A stretch of 64,000 nucleotides of DNA from Eledone cirrhosa (taxonomy: Eukaryota), in NCBI GenBank assembly GCA_964016885.1, contig CAXHJY010000001.1, positions 372,001-436,000 of the forward strand, given 5' to 3'. A program made the translations under genes and the position numbers. The notes beneath the pieces are model-generated. The model saw nothing but the letters and a program-made list of their open reading frames with translations. It made no database searches and was not told the DNA's origin. The first letter of the stretch is position 1. The number at the start of each line of letters is the position of its first letter. This document shows positions 46,800 through 63,200 of the stretch, one piece after another.

Positions 46800-48208
46800 A
46801 TAATTTAATTTAATTTAATTTAATTTAATTGAAATAAAATGAATTAAATTAAATTAAATTAAATTAAATTTGATTAAATTAAATTAAATTAAATTAAATA
46901 TAAATTAAATTAAATTATATATTTTTTTATTTTATTTATTTTTACTTTTTTATTAATTACTTTCATAATTAATTAATTATGTTAATTCATTTTATTTCAA
47001 TTTAATTTAATATAATTCATTTTATTTCAATTAAATTAGATTAAATTAAATTAAATTAAATTAATTTATATATTTTTTTATTTTATTTATTTTTACTTTT
47101 TTATTAATTACTTTCATAATTAATTAATTATGTTAATTCATTTTATTTTGAATTGAATTGATTTGGAGTGGATTGAATCGAGTCGAGTCGAGTCGAGTCG
47201 GGTCGGGTCGGGTCGGGTCGGGTCGGGTCGGCTCGGCTCGGCTCGGCTCGGCTCGGCTCGGCTCGGCTCGGCTCGGCTCGGCTCGGCTCGGCTCGGCTCG
47301 GCTCGGCTCGGCTCGGCTCGGCTCGGCTCGGCTCGGCTCGGCTCGGCTCGGCTCGGCTCGGCTCGGCTCGGCTCGGCTCGGCTCGGCTCGGCTCGGCTCG
47401 GCTCGGCTCGGCTCGGCTCGGCTCGGCTCGGCTCGGCTCGGCTCGGCTCGGCTCGGCTCGGCTCGGCTCGGCTCGGCTCGGCTCGGCTCGGCTCGGCTCG
47501 GCTCGGCTCGGCTCGGCTCGGCTCGGCTCGGCTCGGCTCGGCTCGGCTCGGCTCGGCTCGGCTCGGCTCGGCTCGGCTCGGCTCGGCTCGGCTCGGCTCG
47601 GCTCGGCTCGGCTCGGCTCGGCTCGGCTCGGCTCGGCTCGGCTCGGCTCGGCTCGGCTCGGCTCGGCTCGGCTCGGCTCGGCTCGGCTCGGCTCGGCTCG
47701 GCTCGGCTCGGCTCGGCTCGGCTCGGCTCGGCTCGGCTCGGCTCGGCTCGGCTCGGCTCGGCTCGGCTCGGCTCGGCTCGGCTCGGCTCGGCTCGGCTCG
47801 GCTCGGCTCGGCTCGGCTCGGCTCGGCTCGGCTCGGCTCGGCTCGGCTCGGCTCGGCTCGGCTCGGCTCGGCTCGGCTCGGCTCGGCTCGGCTCGGCTCG
47901 GCTCGGCTCGGCTCGGCTCGGCTCGGCTCGGCTCGGCTCGGCTCGGCTCGGCTCGGCTCGGCTCGGCTCGGCTCGGCTCGGCTCGGCTCGGCTCGGCTCG
48001 GCTCGGCTCGGCTCGGCTCGGCTCGGCTCGGCTCGGCTCGGCTCGGCTCGGCTCGGCTCGGCTCGGCTCGGCTCGGCCCGGCCCGGCTCGGCTCGGCTCG
48101 GCTCGGCCCGGCCCGGCCCGGCCCGGCCCGGCCCGGCCCGGCCCGGCCCGGCCCGGCCCGGCCCGCACCGCACCGCACCGCACCGCACCGCACCGCACCG
48201 CACCGCAC
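46800..48208. repeat. Compound pentanucleotide array: TTTAA/TTAAA > TTGAA > TCGAG > TCGGG > (TCGGC) x170 > CCGGC > CCGCA
   Basis: TCGAG from 47178, TCGGG from 47198, perfect TCGGC at 47228-48077, CCGGC to about 48162 and CCGCA x9 at 48163-48207. Confidence 0.95.
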
Positions 48209-51200
48209 CTGTAGACACTCAGAGGCATTGTAGACTAAGACACCCAGACACAGACATTGTAGACTAAGACACACAGACATTGTAGACTAAGACACACAGA
48301 CACAGACATTGTAGACTAAGACACACAGACACAGACATTGTAGACTAAGACACACAGACATTGTAGACTAAGACACACAGACATTGTAGACTAAGACACA
48401 CAGACATTGTAGACTAAGACACACAGACACACAGACATTGTAGACACACAGACACTGTAGAGACTCAGACACTGTAGAGACTCAGACACTGTAGAGACTC
48501 AGACACTGTAGAGACTCAGACACTGTAGAGACTCAGACACTGTAGAGACTCAGACACTGTAGACACACAGACACTGTAGACTCAGACACTGTAGACACAC
48601 AGACACTGTAGACACACAGACACTGTAGACACACAGACACTATAGATACAGACATTGTAGACTCAGACACTGTAGATACAGACATTGTAGACTCAGACAC
48701 TGTAGATACAGACATTGTAGACTCAGACACTGTAGACACAGGCATTGTAGACACACAGACATTGTAGACACTGTAGACACACAGACATTGAAGACACACA
48801 GACACTGTAGACACAGACACTGTAGACACACAGACATTGTAGACACAGGCACTGTAGACACACAGGCATTGTAGACACAGAGACACTGTAGACACACAGA
48901 CATTTTAGACACACAGACACTGTAGACACACAGACATTTTAGACACACAGACACTGTAGACACACAGTCACTGTAGACACACAGACATTGTAGACACACA
49001 GACACTGTAGACACACAGACACTGTAGACACACAGACATTGTAGACACACAGACACTGTAGACACACAGACACTGTAGACACACAGACACACAGACACTG
49101 TAGACACAGACACTGTAGACACACAGACATTGTAGACACAGACACTGTAGATACACAGACACTGTAGACACACACAGACAGTGTAGACACAGACACTGTA
49201 GACACACACAGACATTGTAGACACACACAGACATTGTAGACACACACAGACACTGTAGACACAGACACTGTAGACACACATACACTGTAGACACACACAC
49301 TGTAGACACACAGACATTGTAGACTCAGACACTGTAGACTCAGACACTGTAGACACACAGACACTGTAGACACACAGACACTATAGATACAGACATTGTA
49401 GACACACAGACACTGTAGACTCAGACACTGTAGACTCAGACACTGTAGACTCAGACACTGTAGACTCAGACACTGTAGACACAGGCATTGTAGACACACA
49501 GACATTGTAGACTCAGACACAGACACTGTAGACACAGTAGACACAGATACTGTAGACACAGACACTGTAGACACTGTAGACACACAGACATTGAAGACAC
49601 ACAGACACTGTAGACACAGACACTGTAGACACACAGACATTGTAGACACAGGCACTGTAGACACAGGCATTGTAGACACAGAGACACTGTAGACACACAG
49701 ACATTTTAGACACAGAGACACTGTAGACACACAGACATTTTAGACACACAGACACTGTAGACACACAGTCACTGTAGACACACAGACATTGTAGACACAC
49801 AGACACTGTAGACACACAGACACTGTAGACACACAGACATTGTAGACACAGACACTGTAGACACACAGACACTGTAGATACAGACACTGTAGACACACAG
49901 ACACACAGACACTGTAGACACAGACACTGTAGACACACAGACATTGTAGACACAGACACTGTAGATACACAGACACTGTAGACACACACAGACAGTGTAG
50001 ACACAGACACTGTAGACACACACAGACATTGTAGACACACAGACACTGTAGACACACACAGACACTGTAGACACAGACACTGTAGACACACATACACTGT
50101 AGACACACAGACAATGTAGAGACACAGACAATGTAGAGACACAGACACTGTAGACACACAAACACTGTAGACACAGACAATGTAGAGACACAGACACTGT
50201 AGACACACAGACAATGTAGACACAGACACTGTAGACACACAAACACTGTAGACACAGAAAATGTAGAGACACAGACAATGTAGAGACACAGACAATGTAG
50301 ACACACAGACACTGTAGACACACAGACACTGTAGACACACAGACACTGTAGACACACAGACACTGTAGACACACAGACACTGTAGACACAGACACTGTAG
50401 ACACACAGACATTGTAGACACAGACACTGTAGAGACACAGACACTGTAGACACACAGACATTGTAGACACAGACACTGTAGACACACAGACACTGTAGAC
50501 ACACAGACACTGTAGACACACAGACACTGTAGACACACAGACACTGTAGACACACAGACAATGTAGAGACACAGACAATGTAGTGACACAGACAATGTAG
50601 ACACACAGACACTGTAGACACACAGACACTGTAGACACACAGACACTGTAGACACACAGACACTGTAGAACCACAGACACTGTAGACACACAGACAATGT
50701 AGAGACACAGACAATGTAGACACACAGACACTGTAGACACACAGACACTGTAGACACACAAACACTGTAGACACAGACAATGTAGAGACAGAGACAATGT
50801 AGACACACAGACAATGTAGACACACAGACAATGTAGACACACAGACACTGTAGACACACAGACACTGTAGACACACAGACACTGTAGACACACAGACATT
50901 GTAGACACAGACACTGTAGAGACACAGACAATGTAGAGACACAGACAATGTAGAGACACAGACAATGTAGACACACAGACACTGTAGACACACAGACTAC
51001 TGTAGAACCACAGACACTGTAGACACACAGACAATGTAGAGACACAGACACTGTAGACACACAGACACTGTAGACACACAGACACTGTAGACACACAGAC
51101 ACTGTAGACACACAGACACTGTAGACAGAGACACTGTAGACACACAGACACTGTAGACACACAGACGTAGACACACATACATTGTAGACACACATACATT

Positions 51201-54200
51201 GTAGATACACAGACACTGTAGACACACAGACACTGTAGACACACAGACAATGTAGAGACACAGACACTGTAGACACACATACACTGTAGACACACAGACG
51301 TAGACACACAGACACTGTAGACACACATACATTGTAGACACACAGACACTGTAGACACACAGACACTGTAGACACACAGACACTGTAGACACACAAACAC
51401 TGTAGACACACAAACACTGTAGACCGACAGACAGTGTAGACACACAGACAATGTAGAGACAGAGACAATGTAGAGACAGAGACAATGTAGACACACAGAC
51501 AATGTAGACACACAGACAATGTAGACACACAGACAATGTAGACACACAGACACTGTAGACACACAGACACTGTAGACACACAGACACTGTAGACACACAG
51601 ACACTGTAGACACAGACACTGTAGACACACAGACATTGTAGACACAGACACTGTAGACACAGACACTGTAGACACACAGACATTGTAGACACAGACACTG
51701 TAGAGACACAGACACTGTAGACACACAGACATTGTAGACACAGACACTGTAGACACACAGACACTGTAGACACAGACACTGTAGACACACAGACATTGTA
51801 GACACAGACACTGTAGACACACAGACACTGTAGAACCACAGACACTGTAGACACACAGACAATGTAGAGACACAGACAATGTAGAGACACAGACACTGTA
51901 GACACACAGACACTGTAGACACACAGACACTGTAGTGACACAGACACTGTAGACACACAGACATTGTAGACACACAGACACTGTAGAACCACAGACACTG
52001 TAGACACACAGACAATGTAGAGACACAGACACTGTAGACACACAGACACTGTAGACACACAGACACTGTAGACACACAGACACTGTAGACACAGACACTG
52101 TAGACACACAGACGTAGACACACAGACACTGTAGACACACATACATTGTAGACACACAGACACTGTAGACACACAGACACTGTAGACACACAAACACTGT
52201 AGACACACAAACACTGTAGACCGACAGACAGTGTAGACACACAGACACTGTAGACACAGACACTGTAGACACATATTGTAGACACACAGACACTGTAGAC
52301 ACACAGTCACTGTAGACACAGACACTGTAGACACACAGACACTGTAGACAGACACACAGACATTGTAGACACAGACACTGTAGCCACACAGACATTGTAG
52401 ACACAGACACTGTAGACACACAGACATTGTAGACTCAGACACTGTAGACACAGACACTGTAGACACACAGACACTGTAGACTCAGACACTGTAGACACAC
52501 AGACACTGTAGACTCAGGCATTGTAGGCACAGACACTGTAGACACACATACATTGTAGACTCAGACACTGTAGACACAGACACACAGACACTGTAGACTC
52601 AGGCATTGTAGACACAGACACTGTAGACACAGACACTGTAGACACAGACACTGTAGACACAGACACACGGACACTGTAGACACAGGCATTGTAGACACAC
52701 AGACATTGTAGACTCAGACACTGTAGACACAGACACTGTAGACACAGACACTGTACACACACAGACACTGTAGACACACAGACACTGTAGACACAGACAC
52801 TGTAGACACACAGACATTGTAGGCACACAGACACTGTAGAGACTGTAGACACACAGACACTGTAGACACAGACATTGTAGACACACTGTCACTGTAGACA
52901 CAGACACTGTAGACAAACAGACACTGTAGACAGACACACGGACACTGTAGACACAGACATTGTAGACACAGACACTGTAGACACACAGACATTGTAGACA
53001 CAGACACTGTAGACACACAGACATTGTAGACTCAGACACTGTAGACACAGACACTGTAGACACACAGACACTATAGACTCAGACACTGTAGACACAGACA
53101 CTGTAGACACACAGACACTGTAGACACACAGACACTGTAGACACACAGACACTGTAGACTCAGGCATTGTAGGCACAGACACTGTAGACACACATACATT
53201 GTAGACTCAGACACTGTAGACACACACAGACAGTGTAGACACAGACACTGTAGACACTCAGACATTGTAGACACACAGACACACAGACATTGTAGACACA
53301 CAGACACTGTAGACACACAGACACTGTAGACACACAGACACTGTAGACACAGACACTGTAGACACACATACACTGTAGACACACAGACACTGTAGACACA
53401 CATACACTGTAGACACACAGACACTGTAGACGCAGACACTGTAGACACACAAACACTGTAGACACAGACAATGTAGAGACACAGACAATGTAGAGACACA
53501 GACACTGTAGACACACAAACACTGTAGACACAGACAATGTAGAGACACAGACACTGTAGACACACAGACAATGTAGACACAGACACTGTAGACACACAAA
53601 CACTGTAGACACAGACAATGTAGAGACACAGACAATGTAGAGACACAGACAATGTAGAGACACAGACAATGTAGACACACAGACACTGTAGACACACAGA
53701 CACTGTAGACACACAGACACTGTAGACACACAGAAACTGTGGACACACAGACACTGTAGACACACAGACACTGTAGACACAGACACTGTAGACACACAGA
53801 CATTGTAGACACAGACACTGTAGAGACACAGACACTGTAGACACACAGACATTGTAGACACAGACACTGTAGACACACAGACACTGTAGACACACAGACA
53901 CTGTAGACACAGACACTGTAGACACACAGACAATGTAGAGACACAGACAATGTAGTGACACAGACAATGTAGACACACAGACACTGTAGACACACAGACA
54001 CTGTAGACACACAGACACTGTAGACACACAGACACTGTAGAACCACAGACACTGTAGACACACAGACAATGTAGAGACACAGACAATGTAGACACACAGA
54101 CACTGTAGACACACAGACACTGTAGACACACAAACACTGTAGACACAGACAATGTAGAGACAGAGACAATGTAGACACACAGACAATGTAGACACACAGA

Positions 54201-57200
54201 CAATGTAGACACACAGACACTGTAGACACACAGACACTGTAGACACAGACACTGTAGACACACAGACATTGTAGACACAGACACTGTAGAGACACAGACA
54301 ATGTAGAGACACAGACAATGTAGAGACACAGACAATGTAGACACACAGACACTGTAGACACACAGACTACTGTAGAACCACAGACACTGTAGACACACAG
54401 ACAATGTAGAGACACAGACACTGTAGACACACAGACACTGTAGACACACAGACACTGTAGACACACAGACACTGTAGACACACAGACACTGTAGACAGAG
54501 ACACTGTAGACACACAGACACTGTAGACACACAGACGTAGACACACATACATTGTAGACACACATACATTGTAGACACACAGACACTGTAGACACACAGA
54601 CACTGTAGACACACAGACAATGTAGAGACACAGACACTGTAGACACACAGACACTGTAGACACACAGACGTAGACACACAGACACTGTAGACACACATAC
54701 ATTGTAGACACACAGACACTGTAGACACACAGACACTGTAGACACACAAACACTGTAGACACACAAACACTGTAGACCGACAGACAGTGTAGACACACAG
54801 ACAATGTAGAGACAGAGACAATGTAGACACACAGACAATGTAGACACACAGACAATGTAGACACACAGACAATGTAGACACACAGACACTGTAGACACAC
54901 AGACACTGTAGACACACAGACACTGTAGACACACAGACACTGTAGACACAGACACTGTAGACACACAGACATTGTAGACACAGACACTGTAGACACAGAC
55001 ACTGTAGACACACAGACATTGTAGACACAGACACTGTAGAGACACAGACATTGTAGACACAGACACTGTAGACACAGACACTGTAGACACACAGACACTG
55101 TAGAGACACAGACACTGTAGACACACAGACATTGTAGACACAGACACTGTAGACACACAGACACTGTAGAACCACAGACACTGTAGACACACAGACAATG
55201 TAGAGACACAGACAATGTAGAGACACAGACACTGTAGACACACAGACACTGTAGACACACAGACACTGTAGTGACACAGACACTGTAGACACACAGACAT
55301 TGTAGACACACAGACACTGTAGAACCACAGACACTGTAGACACACAGACAATGTAGAGACACAGACACTGTAGACACACATACACTGTAGACACACAGAC
55401 ACTGTAGACACACAGACACTGTAGACACAGACACACAGGCATTGTAGACACAGACACTGTAGACACAGACACTGTAGACACAGGCATTGTAGACACACAG
55501 ACATTGTAGACTCAGACACAGACACTGTAGACACAGTAGACACAGATACTGTAGACACAGACACTGTAGACACACAGACACTGTAGACACACAGACACTG
55601 TAGGCACACAGACATTGAAGACACACAGACACTGTAGACACACAGACACTGTAGACACAGACACTGTAGACACACAGACATTGTAGACACAGGCACTGTA
55701 GACACAGGCATTGTAGACACAGAGACACTGTAGACACACAGACATTGTAGACACACAGACACTGTAGACACACAGAAACTGTAGACACAGACATTTTAGA
55801 CACACAGACACTGTAGACACACAGTCACTGTAGACACACAGACATTGTAGACACACAGACACTGTAGACACACAGACACTGTAGACACACAGACATTGTA
55901 GACACAGACACTGTAGACACACAGACACTGTAGATACAGACACTGTAGACACACAGACACTGTAGACACACAGACACTGTAGACACAGACACTGTAGACA
56001 CACAGACATTGTAGACACAGACACTGTAGATACACAGACACTGTAGACACACACAGACAGTGTAGACACAGACACTGTAGACACACACAGACATTGTAGA
56101 CACACAGACACTGTAGACACACAGACACTGTAGACACAGACACTGTAGACACACATACACTGTAGACACACAGACACTGTAGACGCAGACACTGTAGACA
56201 CACAAACACTGTAGACACAGACAATGTAGAGACACAGACAATGTAGAGACACAGACACTGTAGACACACAAACACTGTAGACACAGACAATGTAGAGACA
56301 CAGACACTGTAGACACACAGACAATGTAGACACAGACACTGTAGACACACAAACACTGTAGACACAGAAAATGTAGAGACACAGACAATGTAGAGACACA
56401 GACAATGTAGAGACACAGACAATGTAGACACACAGACACTGTAGACACACAGACACTGTAGACACACAGACACTGTAGACACACAGACACTGTAGACACA
56501 CAGACACTGTAGACACACAAACACTGTAGACACAGACACTGTAGACACACAGACATTGTAGACACAGACACTGTAGAGACACAGACACTGTAGACACACA
56601 GACATTGTAGACACAGACACTGTAGACACACAGACACTGTAGACACACAGACAATGTAGAGACACAGACAATGTAGTGACACAGACAATGTAGACACACA
56701 GACACTGTAGACACACAGACACTGTAGACACACAGACACTGTAGACACACAGACACTGTAGAACCACAGACACTGTAGACACACAGACAATGTAGAGACA
56801 CAGACAATGTAGACACACAGACACTGTAGACACACAGACACTGTAGACACACAAACACTGTAGACACAGACAATGTAGAGACAGAGACAATGTAGACACA
56901 CAGACAATGTAGACACACAGACAATGTAGACACACAGACACTGTAGACACACAGACACTGTAGACACAGACACTGTAGACACACAGACATTGTAGACACA
57001 GACACTGTAGAGACACAGACAATGTAGAGACACAGACAATGTAGAGACACAGACAATGTAGACACACAGACACTGTAGACACACAGACTACTGTAGAACC
57101 ACAGACACTGTAGACACACAGACAATGTAGAGACACAGACACTGTAGACACACAGACACTGTAGACACACAGACACTGTAGACACACAGACACTGTAGAC

Positions 57201-60200
57201 ACACAGACACTGTAGACAGAGACACTGTAGACACACAGACACTGTAGACACACAGACAATGTAGAGACACAGACACTGTAGACACACATACACTGTAGAC
57301 ACACAGACGTAGACACACAGACACTGTAGACACACATACATTGTAGACACACAGACACTGTAGACACACAGACACTGTAGACACACAAACACTGTAGACA
57401 CACAAACACTGTAGACCGACAGACAGTGTAGACACACAGACAATGTAGAGACAGAGACAATGTAGAGACAATGTAGACACACAGACAATGTAGACACACA
57501 GACAATGTAGACACACAGACACTGTAGACACACAGACACTGTAGACACACAGACACTGTAGACACAGACACTGTAGACACACAGACATTGTAGACACAGA
57601 CACTGTAGAGACACAGACACTGTAGACACACAGACATTGTAGACACAGACACTGTAGACACACAGACACTGTAGACACAGACACTGTAGACACACAGATT
57701 TGTAGACACAGACACTGTAGAAACACAGACACTGTAGAACCACAGACACTGTAGACACACAGACAATGTAGAGACACAGACAATGTAGAGACACAGACAC
57801 TGTAGACACACAGACACTGTAGACACACAGACACTGTAGTGACACAGACACTGTAGACACACAGACATTGTAGACACACAGACACTGTAGAACCACAGAC
57901 ACTGTAGACACACAGACAATGTAGAGACACAGACACTGTAGACACACATACACTGTAGACACACAGACACTGTAGACACACAGACACTGTAGACACACAG
58001 ACACTGTAGACACACAGACACTCTAGACACAGACACTGTAGACACACAGACAATGTAGAGACACAGACACTGTAGACACACAGACACTGTAGACACACAG
58101 ACGTAGACACACAGACACTGTAGACACACATACATTGTAGACACACAGACACTGTAGACACACAGACACTGTAGACACACAAACACTGTAGACACACAAA
58201 CACTGTAGACCGACAGACAGTGTAGACACACAGACACTGTAGACACAGACACTGTAGACACATATTGTAGACACACAGACACTGTAGACACACAGTCACT
58301 GTAGACACAGACACTGTAGACACACAGACACTGTAGAGAGACACACGGACACTGTAGACACAGACATTGTAGACACAGACACTGTAGCCACACAGACATT
58401 GTAGACACAGACACTGTAGACACACAGACATTGTAGACTCAGACACTGTAGACACAGACACTGTAGACACACAGACACTGTAGACTCAGACACTGTAGAC
58501 ACACAGACACTGTAGACTCAGGCATTGTAGGCACAGACACTGTAGACACACATACATTGTAGACTCAGACACTGTAGACACAGACACACAGACACTGTAG
58601 ACTCAGGCATTGTAGACACAGACACTGTAGATACAGACACTGTAGACACAGACACTGTAGACACAGACACACGGACACTGTAGACACAGGCATTGTAGAC
58701 ACACAGACATTGTAGACTCAGACACTGTAGACACAGACACTGTAGACACAGACACTGTACACACACAGACACTGTAGACACACAGACACTGTAGACACAG
58801 ACACTGTAGACACACAGACATTGTAGGCACACAGACACTGTAGAGACTGTAGACACACAGACACTGTAGACACAGACATTGTAGACACACTGTCACTGTA
58901 GACACAGACACTGTAGACAAACAGACACTGTAGACAGACACACGGACACTGTAGACACAGACATTGTAGACACAGACACTGTAGACACACAGACATTGTA
59001 GACACAGACACTGTAGACACACAGACATTGTAGACTCAGACACTGTAGACACAGACACTGTAGACACACAGACACTATAGACTCAGACACTGTAGACACA
59101 GACACTGTAGACACACAGACACTGTAGACACACAGACACTGTAGACACACAGACACTGTAGACTCAGGCATTGTAGGCACAGACACTGTAGACACACATA
59201 CATTGTAGACTCAGACACTGTAGACACACACAGACAGTGTAGACACAGACACTGTAGACACACAGACATTGTAGACACACAGACACACAGACATTGTAGA
59301 CACACAGACACTGTAGACACACAGACACTGTAGACACACAGACACTGTAGACACAGACACTGTAGACACACATACACTGTAGACACACAGACACTGTAGA
59401 CACACATACACTGTAGACACACAGACACTGTAGACGCAGACACTGTAGACACACAAACACTGTAGACACAGACAATGTAGAGACACAGACAATGTAGAGA
59501 CACAGACACTGTAGACACACAAACACTGTAGACACAGACAATGTAGAGACACAGACACTGTAGACACACAGACAATGTAGACACAGACACTGTAGACACA
59601 CAAACACTGTAGACACAGACAATGTAGAGACACAGACAATGTAGAGACACAGACAATGTAGAGACACAGACAATGTAGACACACAGACACTGTAGACACA
59701 CAGACACTGTAGACACACAGACACTGTAGACACACAGAAACTGTAGACACACAGACACTGTAGACACACAGACACTGTAGACACAGACACTGTAGACACA
59801 CAGACATTGTAGACACAGACACTGTAGAGACACAGACACTGTAGACACACAGACATTGTAGACACAGACACTGTAGACACACAGACACTGTAGACACACA
59901 GACACTGTAGACACAGACACTGTAGACACACAGACAATGTAGAGACACAGACAATGTAGTGACACAGACAATGTAGACACACAGACACTGTAGACACACA
60001 GACACTGTAGACACACAGACACTGTAGACACACAGACACTGTAGAACCACAGACACTGTAGACACACAGACAATGTAGAGACACAGACAATGTAGACACA
60101 CAGACACTGTAGCCACACAGACACTGTAGACACACAAACACTGTAGACACAGACAATGTAGAGACAGAGACAATGTAGACACACAGACAATGTAGACACA

Positions 60201-63200
60201 CAGAAAATGTAGACACACAGACACTGTAGACACACAGACACTGTAGACACAGACACTGTAGACACACAGACATTGTAGACACAGACACTGTAGAGACACA
60301 GACAATGTAGAGACACAGACAATGTAGACACAAAGACACTGTAGACACACAGACTACTGTAGAACCACAGACACTGTAGACACACAGACAATGTAGAGAC
60401 ACAGACACTGTAGACACACAGACACTGTAGACACACAGACACTGTAGACACACAGACACTGTAGACACACAGACACTGTAGACAGAGACACTGTAGACAC
60501 ACAGACACTGTAGAACCACAGACACTGTAGACACACAGACAATGTAGAGACACAGACAATGTAGAGACACAGACACTGTAGACACACAGACACTGTAGAC
60601 ACACAGACACTGTAGTGACACAGACACTGTAGACACACAGACATTGTAGACACACAGACACTGTAGAACCACAGACACTGTAGACACACAGACAATGTAG
60701 AGACACAGACACTGTAGACACACAGACACTGTAGACACACAGACACTGTAGACACACAGACACTGTAGACACAGACACTGTAGACACACAGACAATGTAG
60801 AGACACAGACACTGTAGACACACAGACACTGTAGACACACAGACGTAGACACACAGACACTGTAGACACACATACATTGTAGACACACAGACACTGTAGA
60901 CACACAGACACTGTAGACACACAAACACTGTAGACACACAAACACTGTAGACCGACAGACAGTGTAGACACACAGACACTGTAGACACAGACACTGTAGA
61001 CACATATTGTAGACACACAGACACTGTAGACACACAGTCACTGTAGACACAGACACTGTAGACACACAGACACTGTAGACAGACACACGGACACTGTAGA
61101 CACAGACATTGTAGACACAGACACTGTAGCCACACAGACATTGTAGACACAGACACTGTAGACACACAGACATTGTAGACTCAGACACTGTAGACACAGA
61201 CACTGTAGACACACAGACACTGTAGACTCAGACACTGTAGACACACAGACACTGTAGACTCAGGCATTGTAGGCACAGACACTGTAGACACACATACATT
61301 GTAGACTCAGACACTGTAGACACAGACACACAGACACTGTAGACTCAGGCATTGTAGACACAGACACTGTAGACACAGACACTGTAGACACAGACACTGT
61401 AGACACAGACACACGGACACTGTAGACACAGGCATTGTAGACACACAGACATTGTAGACTCAGACACTGTAGACACAGACACTGTAGACACAGACACTGT
61501 ACACACACAGACACTGTAGACACACAGACACTGTAGACACAGACACTGTAGACACACAGACATTGTAGGCACACAGACACTGTAGAGACTGTAGACACAC
61601 AGACACTGTAGACACAGACATTGTAGACACACTGTCACTGTAGACACAGACACTGTAGACAAACAGACACTGTAGACAGACACACGGACACTGTAGACAC
61701 AGACATTGTAGACACAGACACTGTAGACACACAGACATTGTAGACACAGACACTGTAGACACACAGACATTGTAGACTCAGACACTGTAGACACAGACAC
61801 TGTAGACACACAGACACTATAGACTCAGACACTGTAGACACAGACACTGTAGACACACAGACACTGTAGACACACAGACACTGTAGACACACAGACACTG
61901 TAGACTCAGGCATTGTAGGCACAGACACTGTAGACACACATACATTGTAGACTCAGACACTGTAGACACACACAGACAGTGTAGACACAGACACTGTAGA
62001 CACACAGAGATTGTAGACACACAGACACACAGACATTGTAGACACACAGACACTGTAGACACACAGACACTGTAGACACACAGACACTGTAGACACAGAC
62101 ACTGTAGACACACATACACTGTAGACACACAGACACTGTAGACACACATACACTGTAGACACACAGACACTGTAGACGCAGACACTGTAGACACACAAAC
62201 ACTGTAGACACAGACAATGTAGAGACACAGACAATGTAGAGACACAGACACTGTAGACACACAAACACTGTAGACACAGACAATGTAGAGACACAGACAC
62301 TGTAGACACACAGACAATGTAGACACAGACACTGTAGACACACAAACACTGTAGACACAGACAATGTAGAGACACAGACAATGTAGAGACACAGACAATG
62401 TAGAGACACAGACAATGTAGACACACAGACACTGTAGACACACAGACACTGTAGACACACAGACACTGTAGACACACAGAAACTGTGGACACACAGACAC
62501 TGTAGACACACAGACACTGTAGACACAGACACTGTAGACACACAGACATTGTAGACACAGACACTGTAGAGACACAGACACTGTAGACACACAGACATTG
62601 TAGACACAGACACTGTAGACACACAGACACTGTAGACACACAGACACTGTAGACACAGACACTGTAGACACACAGACAATGTAGAGACACAGACAATGTA
62701 GTGACACAGACAATGTAGACACACAGACACTGTAGACACACAGACACTGTAGACACACAGACACTGTAGACACACAGACACTGTAGAACCACAGACACTG
62801 TAGACACACAGACAATGTAGAGACACAGACAATGTAGACACACAGACACTGTAGACACACAGACACTGTAGACACACAAACACTGTAGACACAGACAATG
62901 TAGAGACAGAGACAATGTAGACACACAGACAATGTAGACACACAGACAATGTAGACACACAGACACTGTAGACACACAGACACTGTAGACACAGACACTG
63001 TAGACACACAGACATTGTAGACACAGACACTGTAGAGACACAGACAATGTAGAGACACAGACAATGTAGAGACACAGACAATGTAGACACACAGACACTG
63101 TAGACACACAGACTACTGTAGAACCACAGACACTGTAGACACACAGACAATGTAGAGACACAGACACTGTAGACACACAGACACTGTAGACACACAGACA

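Noticed and set aside
47228-48077. Telomeric repeat or promoter CpG island
   Set aside because: The unit is not the TTAGGG expected in molluscs, the tract is internal, and no adjacent gene start is visible.
47133-48280. RAEPS/GSARL repeat ORFs of 356-380 aa
   Set aside because: They are a by-product of the stop-free (TCGGC)n pentamer, open in nearly all frames.
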